Below, piece by piece: positions 1 to 8,506 of a stretch of DNA of 32,000 nucleotides (position 1 is the stretch's first letter; every line of letters begins with the position of its first letter). This stretch comes from Candidatus Saccharimonadota bacterium (GTDB taxonomy: Bacteria; Patescibacteriota; Saccharimonadia; Saccharimonadales; Saccharimonadaceae). Where the stretch lies: NCBI GenBank assembly GCA_016700015.1, contig CP064995.1:630001-662000 (forward strand), written 5' to 3'. Under the pieces are notes generated by a model that worked only from the letters and a program-made list of their open reading frames with translations, ran no database searches and was not told the origin of the DNA. The translations under genes were made by a program, and so were the position numbers.

Positions 1-24
1 TGTGCGCGGTTGGCGTTCGGTCAT
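1..24 (-). CDS. 5' end of an unidentified CDS running off the left edge (MTERQPRT...)
   Basis: ATG at 24-22 with GGGGGA Shine-Dalgarno (revcomp of 29-34) 4 nt upstream; only 8 codons visible. Confidence 0.3.
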
Positions 25-157
25 AGTTTCCCCCTACATAAAAAACGTACGATTGCCCACCAAAGCATCGCAGTTTGTTGATATATTTCAGCACCCTCCA
101 AAGTACTTACTCTCATAGTACATCGCTTTTCGTGTCGTTTCTAGTGTGATGCTTATG

Positions 158-192
158 TAAAATAAACAATACCCCACTATATATGGGGTATT
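158..192 (-). terminator. Rho-independent terminator downstream of greA
   Basis: 9-bp perfect stem AATACCCCA (168-176) / TGGGGTATT (184-192), 7-nt loop, followed on the minus strand by GTTTATTTT. Confidence 0.65.
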
Positions 193-209
193 GTAAATCT
201 ATGTACAAA

Positions 210-665
210 TTAGGCTATCGAAACTATTGTGTAGGTCGTGTTACCTTTAGGTGTCGTAATCGTCGCCTTATCGCCAACTACTTTGCCAATCAATGCAATC
301 CCGATAGGCGATTCATTGCTAATTTTGCCGCTCAGCGGATCCGCCTCGACTGGCCCAACCAATGTATAGTTGAACTTCTTTGCGCCAGTCTTTAGTTCAA
401 CTGTGCTTCCCAGTTGTACCTTGCTGCTTTTTCGGCTCTTAATTTCTTCTGCGTTCATTAAAATATCTTCAATCTCTGCAATACGCGTCTCAACAAGTCC
501 CTGTTCTTCACGAGCACTGTCATATTCAGCGTTTTCGGTTAAATCACCATAATCACGTGCTTCAGCAATTTTTTCTGCAATATCACCACGACGACCCTTA
601 AGATCGGCGAGCTCTATCTCAAGCTCTTTGCGACCGGCTTCTGTAATCTGGTATGCTTTTTTCAT
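210..665 (-). CDS. greA: Transcription elongation factor GreA
   Basis: 151 aa; N-terminal coiled coil (ITEAGRKELEIELADLK...RRGDIAEKIAEARDYGDLTENAEYDSAREEQ) and C-terminal globular domain typical of GreA; GAGGA SD. Confidence 0.93.
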   Translation of the reverse strand: MKKAYQITEAGRKELEIELADLKGRRGDIAEKIAEARDYGDLTENAEYDSAREEQGLVETRIAEIEDILMNAEEIKSRKSSKVQLGSTVELKTGAKKFNYTLVGPVEADPLSGKISNESPIGIALIGKVVGDKATITTPKGNTTYTIVSIA

Positions 666-751
666 TATTTCCTCAATATCTCCTTATAGCCCGTCCCGAG
701 AAGGACCAAGTCTAGGTGACTAGTGTTATTTCCCTCCAAGACGCTTACAAG

Positions 752-1996
752 TTAGTTCAGTTTAGCAAGCAATTCATCGTGTGTCAATAGCTCGGTTTCC
801 CCCGTTTTTCTTGGGGTGAATTCGAATTTTTGCTGCTCCACCAGACGTTCACTGACCGTCACGCGGTATGGTATACCTATCAGTTCAGCATCGGCAAATT
901 TTGTTCCCGGTCGCTCATCTCGGTCATCATATATTACCTCAATACCTTTCCGCATGAACTCATCGTACAACGCGTCGGCGGCTGGTCGAGCGTCCTCACC
1001 TATCTGCACAAGATACACTTTTGCCGGCGCAATTGATTCTGGCCATACAATCCCCTTTTCGTCGGCAAACTTTTCAACAATTACACCCATGACCCTACTA
1101 ATACCGATGCCGTAGCAGCCCATTATCACCGAATGTTGCTGGCCTGTTTCGTCGGTATAATAAAGGTCAAGTGCATCGCTATACTTGCTTTCAAGTGGAA
1201 ATATATTACCTACTTCGACAGCACGCTTTTCGACCAAACTGTTCCGGTCTAGCCCCAACTTATTGAGTGTTTCATCGTTTAATACTTCTTTATTAACAGC
1301 AATGCGCTTATCTTCATCGACATATATCGTGTCCTCACCGACATCCGTAAGAGTCTGAAACTCATCGCTGAACTTATCAGTAAAATATCCACCGTCGGCC
1401 GCGCAACGATACGTGTCGGCACCAATACCGAGCCGTTCGTATACCTTCAAGTAAGCTGCCGCTACCTTTTCGTAGATCGCCAAATGCTCCTCCTCGGTAC
1501 GAGCAAAGCTATACATATCTTTCATGATAAACTCACGGCCGCGTAACAGCCCACTCTTGGCCCGCAGTTCATTACGAAACTTGGTTTGTATCTGGTAAAC
1601 GCTCAGTGGAAAGTCCTTATACGAACTTGCGTAGCGACGCAGTGCATCGACTATTGGTTCTTCGTGCGACAAGCCAACACCCAGTTCAGTACCATTTTTA
1701 AGTGTTGTCTTAAACCAGTTGTCGACTTTGTTATCATCCCACCTATCCGTTCGCTCCCATAGTTCACGTGGCTGCAGTGCTGTCATCATCACTTCTTGCC
1801 CCCCAACCACATTCATTTCTTCGCGAACAATCTGTTTTATATTCTCAATCACCTTCAAGCCAAGTGGCATGTAGGCGTAAACCCCAGCCATCATTTTGTG
1901 AATATAGCCGGCACGTATAAGCAACTGTGCATTATGTGCAACCTCGTCTCCTGGCGCGGTTTTCGATGTCTTCGTAAAATTTTGTGACAATTTCAT
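752..1996 (-). CDS. proS: Prolyl-tRNA synthetase, bacterial type lacking the INS editing domain
   Basis: 414 aa; MKLSQNF...LLIRAGYI N-terminus, class II motif 2 FRNELRAKSGLLRGREFIMKDMYSF, motif 3 GCYGIGISRVMG, C-terminal anticodon-binding domain; only ~45 aa where the ~180-aa INS normally sits. Confidence 0.92.
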   Translation of the reverse strand: MKLSQNFTKTSKTAPGDEVAHNAQLLIRAGYIHKMMAGVYAYMPLGLKVIENIKQIVREEMNVVGGQEVMMTALQPRELWERTDRWDDNKVDNWFKTTLKNGTELGVGLSHEEPIVDALRRYASSYKDFPLSVYQIQTKFRNELRAKSGLLRGREFIMKDMYSFARTEEEHLAIYEKVAAAYLKVYERLGIGADTYRCAADGGYFTDKFSDEFQTLTDVGEDTIYVDEDKRIAVNKEVLNDETLNKLGLDRNSLVEKRAVEVGNIFPLESKYSDALDLYYTDETGQQHSVIMGCYGIGISRVMGVIVEKFADEKGIVWPESIAPAKVYLVQIGEDARPAADALYDEFMRKGIEVIYDDRDERPGTKFADAELIGIPYRVTVSERLVEQQKFEFTPRKTGETELLTHDELLAKLN

Positions 1997-2044
1997 AATG
2001 TAGCCTATTGTATAATTTCTTTATTCAGTTGACCAGCTGTGTGG

Positions 2045-2764
2045 TCACGTCACCGAAAATGCGATGTAAAATGCTATCATATTTTTAATCATATGCATAA
2101 TTACTCCTGGCCACACAGTGCCAGTCTGCTCCCTTAAATAGCACGCCACCATACTAAGACAAAACACATCTATACCGACATTCCATTGCCCATGCAGCAC
2201 GCCAAACGTCAGACTGGTAATGCTCGCCGACAGCCAGAGCGGCGCATGAGCCCCACGTAACCTCCCGTATAAATAGCCACGAAAGAGCAACTCCTCGACA
2301 AATGGCACTACAATCGTAAGCGCAACAAATACCATCATTCTATCCATGCCATAGACACCAGTACTACCGATGGTCTGAAGCTGATCAATATCAACAAGCG
2401 ACAGCGACTTAAGTACGGCAAGAAGTATTGTCGCAACAGCTGCATAGATGACAAACCCCGCAACCCCAAGGCCAATATCCTGCCAATTTGGTAATCGATG
2501 AATACCCATCAGCTTGCGGCTTAGCTTCTGGCCCGCAACAATCAGAGATACACCCATCGCCATTCCTACCGCAGCAATGAGCGCCGCAACCCGAAACCAT
2601 TGTTCACCAACAATTGTGTTACCAGTAAATAAAGGGTTTACAAAATGCACCAGCTGAACGACGGCTAGCGCTATGTACCGAGCCCCAAACACAGCACCAA
2701 CCACTAGCAGCGGCCAGAGGACCCACCACAATTTTCGACGCTGCAGCCATCGCCCCACCATCAA
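2045..2764 (-). CDS. CPBP (CAAX-type) intramembrane metalloprotease family protein
   Basis: 239 aa polytopic; motifs EELLFRG (EExxxR), FGVLHG (FxxxH), HMIKN (HxxxN). Confidence 0.8.
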   Translation of the reverse strand: MMVGRWLQRRKLWWVLWPLLVVGAVFGARYIALAVVQLVHFVNPLFTGNTIVGEQWFRVAALIAAVGMAMGVSLIVAGQKLSRKLMGIHRLPNWQDIGLGVAGFVIYAAVATILLAVLKSLSLVDIDQLQTIGSTGVYGMDRMMVFVALTIVVPFVEELLFRGYLYGRLRGAHAPLWLSASITSLTFGVLHGQWNVGIDVFCLSMVACYLREQTGTVWPGVIMHMIKNMIAFYIAFSVT

Positions 2765-2770
2765 ACGCTC

Positions 2771-3931
2771 CTATCGAAACTTACCTATGTCGGCAATCGT
2801 AACCAGCAGTACAAGTGCCATTAGCACCATAAAGCCTGTGCCATGTATCTTCTCTTCAAGCTCTTTACGGAGCGGTTTCTTCATCACTCGAAACAGCGCA
2901 GTAACAAACCAGCGTCCGCCATCGAGCGCTGGAATCGGCAAAATATTCATCACGGCAAGCGTTAGCGAGATGATCGCCGCCAACATGACGACATGAGTAA
3001 GACCAGCTTTTTCGGCCGCAGGGAATATGACGCCAAATATACCGATTGGTCCAGCAACACTATCGCCAACCGTTGCCAGCTTAGTATTTGCGGTCTGTTG
3101 ATCGGTTTGATTCGGACTTAGTTTTAGAACAAGGCCATGGACAGTATTTGCAATCACATCCCCAAGACCCTGAATGGTTATCCAGGACATTTGTGCCGTT
3201 AGCCCTACACCTACGATTGGCGCCGACCAACTTGATTTTATGACTGCCATTTGAGACGGGCTAGCGCCCAAATAGCCTTTTTTGTCACCATTGTCCGATC
3301 GTAAATTCACTTTTGTACTGGCTTCAACGCTATGTCGTGAATAAATCACTTCGACCGATTGGCCCTTATTGGCTTTAGCAAGGCGCGCGAGATCATCGGC
3401 CGTTTCAAGCGGTGAGCCCGCAAAACGAAGGATTTTATCACCCTGGCGTAGACCTGCTCTATCAGCTGGCATATCTTTTGTTACAGCTACGAGCTCTACT
3501 GGCTGATTGAGTATTTGCGCATCGTTAGGTAGATAAAACTGGTTCTTCACAATATTAGGCATACCGACTGCCGCCAAAATAGAAAGAAGCACTGCGGCAA
3601 CCAACCAGTTCATCGCGACACCGGCTAGTAGGATTTGCGTTTTATGCCAAAAAGACGCCGCCCCGTAATCACCAGGCCTAGATGCGGCATCATGCTCGCC
3701 TTGCAGCTTCACAAATCCCCCAAGCGGTAACCAGTTCACGCTATATGTAACATTCTTACCGAGAATGCTATGTGCTAGTTTCTTGCCCCAGGCGCGCGGT
3801 GGAAAACCAATCCCAAATTCTTCGACAATCACACCATGTTGACGAGCAATTAAACCATGACCAAGCTCGTGAGCCACCACGAGTAGCGTTAGTACAATTA
3901 CACCAAGCACAATACCAAAAACAATATCCAT
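2771..3931 (-). CDS. rseP: RIP/site-2 zinc metalloprotease RseP (M50) with PDZ domain
   Basis: 386 aa; HELGHG at N-terminal TM, PDZ-like segment (PADRAGLRQGDKILRF), C-terminal NILPIPALDGG motif. Confidence 0.9.
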   Translation of the reverse strand: MDIVFGIVLGVIVLTLLVVAHELGHGLIARQHGVIVEEFGIGFPPRAWGKKLAHSILGKNVTYSVNWLPLGGFVKLQGEHDAASRPGDYGAASFWHKTQILLAGVAMNWLVAAVLLSILAAVGMPNIVKNQFYLPNDAQILNQPVELVAVTKDMPADRAGLRQGDKILRFAGSPLETADDLARLAKANKGQSVEVIYSRHSVEASTKVNLRSDNGDKKGYLGASPSQMAVIKSSWSAPIVGVGLTAQMSWITIQGLGDVIANTVHGLVLKLSPNQTDQQTANTKLATVGDSVAGPIGIFGVIFPAAEKAGLTHVVMLAAIISLTLAVMNILPIPALDGGRWFVTALFRVMKKPLRKELEEKIHGTGFMVLMALVLLVTIADIGKFR

Positions 3932-4618
3932 TTAGCCTCCAAAGCGCCGTGCGCGATTGTTATATTCTTCTAGTATATCGGTTACGTCTTGCTTTGTCAT
4001 CTCAGGCCAGTTTTTGTCGACAAATAGCAGCTCACTATAGGCACTGCGCCAAAGCATAAAATTGCTGAGTCGCTGCTCACCACTTGTGCGGACAATAAGA
4101 TCACACGGTGGAACATCGGGCGCATAGAGCTCTGATGCAATCATTGCTTCGTCGATTGCATCGCTCGCAATAGCCTTATCAACAATCCGCTTCACCGCCT
4201 CGACTATTTCTTGCTGACCACCATAATTTAGGCAGAGCAGAACCTCAGCCCCAGTGAAACTGCATGTTTCCGCTTCGGCTTTGCTCATAGCTGCAACAAC
4301 AGCTTTGCTCAAACCTTTCTTGCTTCCCAAAAATCGTATGCGGATGTTATTCTCGGTGAAAATGTGTAGATCTTGCCCCAGGCCAGTAAGGAGCAGGCCC
4401 ATGAGCTTATCAACTTCTTCGCTACTACGCTTCCAGTTTTCGGTACTAAACACATAAAGGCTGGTATAGCGCACCCCAGCATCAATTGTCTGTTGTATGA
4501 CTTCTTTTAGGGCTTTGTAGCCAGCGATATGCCCCTTGTAGGCAGGTTCGCCACGAGCGGACGCCCAGCGACGGTTGCCGTCGACAATATAGCCAATATG
4601 CGTTGGAACATTCGCCAT
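3932..4618 (-). CDS. uppS: Undecaprenyl-diphosphate synthase (cis-prenyltransferase)
   Basis: 228 aa; HIGYIVDGNRRWA, FSTENWKRS, RTSGEQRLSNFMLWRSAYSEL; start overlaps frr stop (TAATG). Confidence 0.93.
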   Translation of the reverse strand: MANVPTHIGYIVDGNRRWASARGEPAYKGHIAGYKALKEVIQQTIDAGVRYTSLYVFSTENWKRSSEEVDKLMGLLLTGLGQDLHIFTENNIRIRFLGSKKGLSKAVVAAMSKAEAETCSFTGAEVLLCLNYGGQQEIVEAVKRIVDKAIASDAIDEAMIASELYAPDVPPCDLIVRTSGEQRLSNFMLWRSAYSELLFVDKNWPEMTKQDVTDILEEYNNRARRFGG

Positions 4619-5172
4619 TAGAGCGTAAGGATTTCTTTCTCTTTAGCCTTAAAACTTTCCTCAATTTTCGCTTGGTAGAAACTCATCAAACGATCAAATT
4701 CTTTTTCAACCAATTTTACATCATCTTCCGACAGCTCTTTATTCTCTTTTTTGTGCTTCGCATCCTTCAGCCCATCCTGACGAACATTTCGTAGTGCAAT
4801 CCTGGCTTCTTCAGTTTTTTCGCTGGCTTGCTTCACTAGGGTCCTGCGCCGCTCCTCTGTTAGTGCCGGCACCGGTACACGAACAACTCGCCCATCGTCG
4901 CTTGGGTTTAGTCCCAAACCCTGGTCGTTGCGTATCGCAGCAGCGATTTTTTGGATATTCGCGGGATCAAATGGGGTAATCTGCAGCAGTTGAGCTTCGG
5001 GAGCCGTGACGTTGGCCACTTGGTTAAGCGGCATATCGGTACCATACGCCTCCACCTTAATTCCATCAAGCATACTCGGATGCGCGCGTCCGGTGCGAAT
5101 TTTCTTCAGCTCACCGTCAAAGTGCTCTAGCGCACCTTCCATCTTCAATTCATATTCGTCTGTATCAAACAT
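4618..5172 (-). CDS. frr: Ribosome recycling factor
   Basis: 184 aa; full-length RRF pattern (KIRTGRAHPSMLDGIKVEAYG...LNPSDDGRVVRVPVPALTEERR). Confidence 0.95.
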   Translation of the reverse strand: MFDTDEYELKMEGALEHFDGELKKIRTGRAHPSMLDGIKVEAYGTDMPLNQVANVTAPEAQLLQITPFDPANIQKIAAAIRNDQGLGLNPSDDGRVVRVPVPALTEERRRTLVKQASEKTEEARIALRNVRQDGLKDAKHKKENKELSEDDVKLVEKEFDRLMSFYQAKIEESFKAKEKEILTL

Positions 5173-5196
5173 AGTTTCCTCATAATTACTCCCTAT

Positions 5197-5205
5197 AGTA
5201 TAGCA
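5197..5205 (-). promoter_or_regulatory. Extended -10 promoter element (TGcTATACT) for frr
   Basis: TTTGCTATACT on minus strand, 24 nt upstream of the frr ATG, which has a GAGGAA SD; the same TTTGCTATACT string recurs at 16427-16437. Confidence 0.45.
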
Positions 5206-5214
5206 AATAAGAAC

Positions 5215-5919
5215 CTAATTTATTTGCGCAATCCCGATTAAACTCGCTCGGCGGTCATAGCCTTCGCGCAGCGTATAGGCACGCCGAAAATCACCCACCC
5301 CTTCTATCTCTTTATAGGCGTTTGCGTCATAAATCATCCACACATCAAGCGGGTAGTGTGGCCGTTGCGTCGAATGCGGCTCTTGCTTGTGGTAAAGGAG
5401 CATCCATGCCGCGGTCGTGTCCGATGCCACATAGGGTGCGAATTTTAGCGCAAGGATGTCATAGCTCGTATCGCTCTCGTCAAGCCGGATGCCCCCCGTT
5501 TGTGAAATATGCCTCACCCATGCCGCCCGCTCTGGCTCATCCACAAAGTCACGCGATCGTACACCGCAAACAAGAATATCCTGATACATAAAACGATGCA
5601 AAAACACCACATCCAAGTAGCGCGAAATCGCATACGTCCGGCGAGTCGCCGGCCCCATACCAACAAACGGGTTGGTAGAGAAATCGTAGTTATATTCAGG
5701 AATAACAAGATGAATAATGCCATCACTGTCTTCGCTCAGTGTATCGCGTAGCCTAGCAAGTGCATCATCGTTGTCGCGCGCGTTATCAACCCGTTCATGA
5801 TCGGTGAACACCTCGTATTCTGACCGTAAATCAACCGTCGGCTCCCGTTCGCCAGCGCCAAACCGGCGCTCAGGATCGCGTCCTGGGAACATTTCGAATT
5901 TACGTCCACTTTCGCTCAT
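5215..5919 (-). CDS. Hypothetical protein (234 aa), no recognisable family
   Basis: Long ORF in the operon direction; TATAAT (5927-5932) lies 7 nt upstream of the ATG; no TM or signal peptide. Confidence 0.6.
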   Translation of the reverse strand: MSESGRKFEMFPGRDPERRFGAGEREPTVDLRSEYEVFTDHERVDNARDNDDALARLRDTLSEDSDGIIHLVIPEYNYDFSTNPFVGMGPATRRTYAISRYLDVVFLHRFMYQDILVCGVRSRDFVDEPERAAWVRHISQTGGIRLDESDTSYDILALKFAPYVASDTTAAWMLLYHKQEPHSTQRPHYPLDVWMIYDANAYKEIEGVGDFRRAYTLREGYDRRASLIGIAQIN

Positions 5920-5948
5920 ATAGTCAATTATAGTGGATTACTGCCTCG

Positions 5949-6974
5949 CTAGCGAGCCAACACCGGCACGGTTCGGTCACTAGCCATAAAAAGTGCCTTA
6001 AGTCCATTGACACTTGCAATCGCCGCGAGTGTGTCCATGCCAAACTCTTCCCTGCCATAAAGATGGCCAGATTCGATCATCATCCACAGCTCGCGCGACA
6101 TATCGCCAGTACTGAACGGTTTGTAGATATCCTGTATGTTATCGCTGCCAAGCGCCACATTCACGCCAGCCAAGACGAGTTCATCAACTGGAGTTGTTGC
6201 GTTATGTGTCGGCGCCATGGTCTCGTTGCGGCGACTGTCAATCCATGCCGATGGACACGCAATAACCGATATGTCATCTTCGCGCATCATCTCGTAAATC
6301 ATCTGGCGGTATTCTGCCGGCTGCGCGGCAACCGACAAACAGTGAACCAGCGCCACTCTGCCCTTAAGCCCAGCACTACGCGCTTTTCGTAGAATCATCT
6401 CGGTATCGCGCTGCGCGGGGTCATTCATTTGATCCGCATGAATGTGGAGTGATTTGTCGTGTTCGAGGGCTAGTTCAATCAGCCGATCCACATGCACTTC
6501 ACCTTTACCAAAATCCCGTTCGTCACGCTCTGGCAAGCCACCGATAATGTCGACAAATTCGGCCGCGCGCCGGAACCACGCGTATTCATCTGGTCGAATA
6601 ATGCCCTTAAGCGGCTGGCTGGCATACGTAATCGTAATAGTGTCTTTATATTCATCACGGATTTTGGCGGCCGCAGTTATTGCCCTGTCCTCGACCACAC
6701 TGTCACAATCAATAAATGAGCAGAGCGCCTGTGCGCCCTGCGCCAGCTGCAATTCAACCGCCTGATGCATACGCGCTTCAATTTCTGCGACCGTCGCGTC
6801 ACGTTTCATCGCGTCTACGTAGTCCCATTTTTCTTGCAGTGAGGCATTGGTCAGGTGCCAGTTGTGCGGCGACACCGTATATGCTCGATCAATATGCATA
6901 TGAGCATTTACCCAGCCTCCTTTCGCGTCAACTTCAGCTTCTAGCGTTTCTCTTGGCCACTGTGCGTGTAACAT
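5949..6974 (-). CDS. Amidohydrolase-superfamily deaminase, cytosine deaminase (CodA)-like
   Basis: NAHMHID (HxH metal site), LHIHADQMND, LVHC, GSDNIQDIYKPFSTGDM line up with CodA PHIHLD / HCDE / H246 / DD...P..G motifs; start moved to MLHAQW (6974, GGGGGG SD) because the longer ORF overlaps a terminator. Confidence 0.7.
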   Translation of the reverse strand: MLHAQWPRETLEAEVDAKGGWVNAHMHIDRAYTVSPHNWHLTNASLQEKWDYVDAMKRDATVAEIEARMHQAVELQLAQGAQALCSFIDCDSVVEDRAITAAAKIRDEYKDTITITYASQPLKGIIRPDEYAWFRRAAEFVDIIGGLPERDERDFGKGEVHVDRLIELALEHDKSLHIHADQMNDPAQRDTEMILRKARSAGLKGRVALVHCLSVAAQPAEYRQMIYEMMREDDISVIACPSAWIDSRRNETMAPTHNATTPVDELVLAGVNVALGSDNIQDIYKPFSTGDMSRELWMMIESGHLYGREEFGMDTLAAIASVNGLKALFMASDRTVPVLAR

Positions 6975-6993
6975 ATCCCCCCTCTCTTTGGCA

Positions 6994-7023
6994 TAAAAAA
7001 ACAACCCGACCTGCGGGTTGTTT
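6994..7023 (-). terminator. Rho-independent terminator after tsf
   Basis: Minus strand AACAACCCG-CAGGT-CGGGTTGTT followed by TTTTTTT; 9-bp stem (7000-7008 / 7014-7022). Confidence 0.8.
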
Positions 7024-7099
7024 AGTTAGGTGTCATTTGCCTTAGCTTTTTCATCTCGTGCTAGTGTAGCAAACCACAACCAGTTTGTACAACAGGATT

Positions 7100-7696
7100 T
7101 TACTCAGTGACACCAAGTTCAATACGCTTAAACTGTCGTACAACGATATTTTCGCCGCTTTTGGCGATCTGTTGCTTGATGCGCTCTTCGACGGTCATGC
7201 TGTCGTCCAGGATAAACGCTTGAGCCAGCAATACCTGCTCGGCAAAATGCTTCTTTAGCTGGCCTTCAACGATTTTTTCGGCCATTTCAGCTGGCTTACC
7301 CTTGAGACTATCACTTTCGAACAATTCTTTTTTCTTGGCATCATATTCTTCAGCAGGGATATCGGCTTCGCTGACATACCGTGGGCTCATGGCAGCAATC
7401 TGCATGGCAATTTCGTGTGCAAGCTGCTTAAACTCATTGACACGGGCTACAAAATCGGTTTCACAGTTGACCTCGACCACTACGCCAATACGGCCACTGT
7501 GTACGTAACTTTCAATCAATCCAGCGCGAGCTTCGCGGTCGCCTTTTTTCTCGGCTTTGGTGAGGCCTTTTTTTCGCATTTCTTCGAGCGCTTTGTCAAA
7601 ATCACCGTTTGCTGCAACCAACGCCTGTTTGGCATCAGTTAACCCGACACCAGTCAGTTCCTTAAGCTTCTTTATATCTTCAATTGTTACTGCCAT
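7100..7696 (-). CDS. tsf: Translation elongation factor Ts (short form)
   Basis: 198 aa; UBA-like N-terminus IKKLKELTGVGLTDAKQALVAANGDFDKALEEMRKKG, core GRIGVVVEVNCETDFVAR. Confidence 0.93.
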   Translation of the reverse strand: MAVTIEDIKKLKELTGVGLTDAKQALVAANGDFDKALEEMRKKGLTKAEKKGDREARAGLIESYVHSGRIGVVVEVNCETDFVARVNEFKQLAHEIAMQIAAMSPRYVSEADIPAEEYDAKKKELFESDSLKGKPAEMAEKIVEGQLKKHFAEQVLLAQAFILDDSMTVEERIKQQIAKSGENIVVRQFKRIELGVTE

Positions 7697-7698
7697 CG

Positions 7699-8397
7699 CT
7701 ACGCCTCTTTCTTTGCGACGCCTTCGGCCACCGCAGCAACAAAGTAGTCAAGCATCAGTTGGAGCCCTTTAATCGCGTCGTCGTTACCGGGGATCACGTA
7801 GTCAATTTTGCTTGGGTCGGCATTGGTATCGACGACTGCCACCACAGGGATACTAAGTGTACGAGCTTCGGCCACCGCGTTGTCGTCAACCAGTGTGTCG
7901 AGCACGATCAGCGCCCCTGGCTTACCATTTAGCTCTTTAATGCCGCCATATTTTACGTTTAGCTGGTCGATCTCTTCTTGGAAACGCTGCACCTCAAGCT
8001 TGTTGTAGCGCTTTTCTAGGTCGCCGCTCGCCATCCGTCGCTCAAGATCTTTGAGCTTTTTAATCTGCGCATTAACCGTTGCGACATTTGTGAGCATGCC
8101 ACCAATCCAGCGCTCCGTGACGTAGGGCTGGCCAGCTTTTTCAGCAGCTGCTTTCACCGCATCTTTCGCCTGCTTCTTAGTGCCAACAAACAGTACCTGC
8201 TTGCCGCTTGCGACGACAGCCGTCAGGAATGGAAGCGCCTTATCGAGGCCTTCAACCGTTTTTGTCAGGTCAATGATGTGACTGTCCTGGCGTTTGCTAT
8301 GAATGTATGGCGCCATCTTCGGGTGCCACCGGCTCGTTTTGTGGCCAAAATGCACACCGGCTTCGAGCAAAGCCTTGATATCGACTTCAATAGCCAT
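7699..8397 (-). CDS. rpsB: 30S ribosomal protein S2
   Basis: 232 aa from MAIEVDIKALLEAGVHFGH; GGAGAAGGA SD precedes the ATG at 8397; the track ORF start at 8424 is an upstream extension. Confidence 0.95.
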   Translation of the reverse strand: MAIEVDIKALLEAGVHFGHKTSRWHPKMAPYIHSKRQDSHIIDLTKTVEGLDKALPFLTAVVASGKQVLFVGTKKQAKDAVKAAAEKAGQPYVTERWIGGMLTNVATVNAQIKKLKDLERRMASGDLEKRYNKLEVQRFQEEIDQLNVKYGGIKELNGKPGALIVLDTLVDDNAVAEARTLSIPVVAVVDTNADPSKIDYVIPGNDDAIKGLQLMLDYFVAAVAEGVAKKEA

Positions 8398-8475
8398 GAT
8401 ATCCTTCTCCCTTCGCGTGCACACCTATACAGGATATCTGTGCACGTTGCTTTATTACTTTTATTACAGAGGTTA

Positions 8476-8504
8476 ATTATATTAGGCCAAGCAAGAACTG
8501 TCAA
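8476..8504 (-). promoter_or_regulatory. Consensus sigma-70-type promoter for rpsB-tsf
   Basis: TTGACA (8504-8499) - 17 nt - TATAAT (8481-8476) on the minus strand, abutting the stop of the upstream 659-aa ORF. Confidence 0.75.
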
Positions 8505-8506
8505 CT

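Noticed and set aside
24-157. A ~130-nt untranslated spacer between the greA terminator and the next minus-strand gene. It has a direct repeat CTTTGGAGGG / CTTTGGTGGG and a weak hairpin followed by T6, which could be a structured leader.
   Set aside because: The downstream gene is unknown (only 8 codons in the window). The stems are only 4-5 bp, and I recognise no riboswitch or T-box core. Too weak to call.
5945-5956. A perfect 12-bp palindrome, CTCGCTAGCGAG, centred on the deaminase stop codon at the -35 position of the putative orphan-gene promoter. It could be an operator.
   Set aside because: About 8 perfect 12-bp palindromes are expected by chance in 32 kb, and there is no second copy or other supporting signal.
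8398-8424. The longer rpsB ORF start (MCTRREKDI...) in the ORF track.
   Set aside because: A strong SD immediately precedes the internal ATG at 8397. The S2 N-terminus MAIEV..LLEAGVHFGH is canonical, and the extension is leader sequence.
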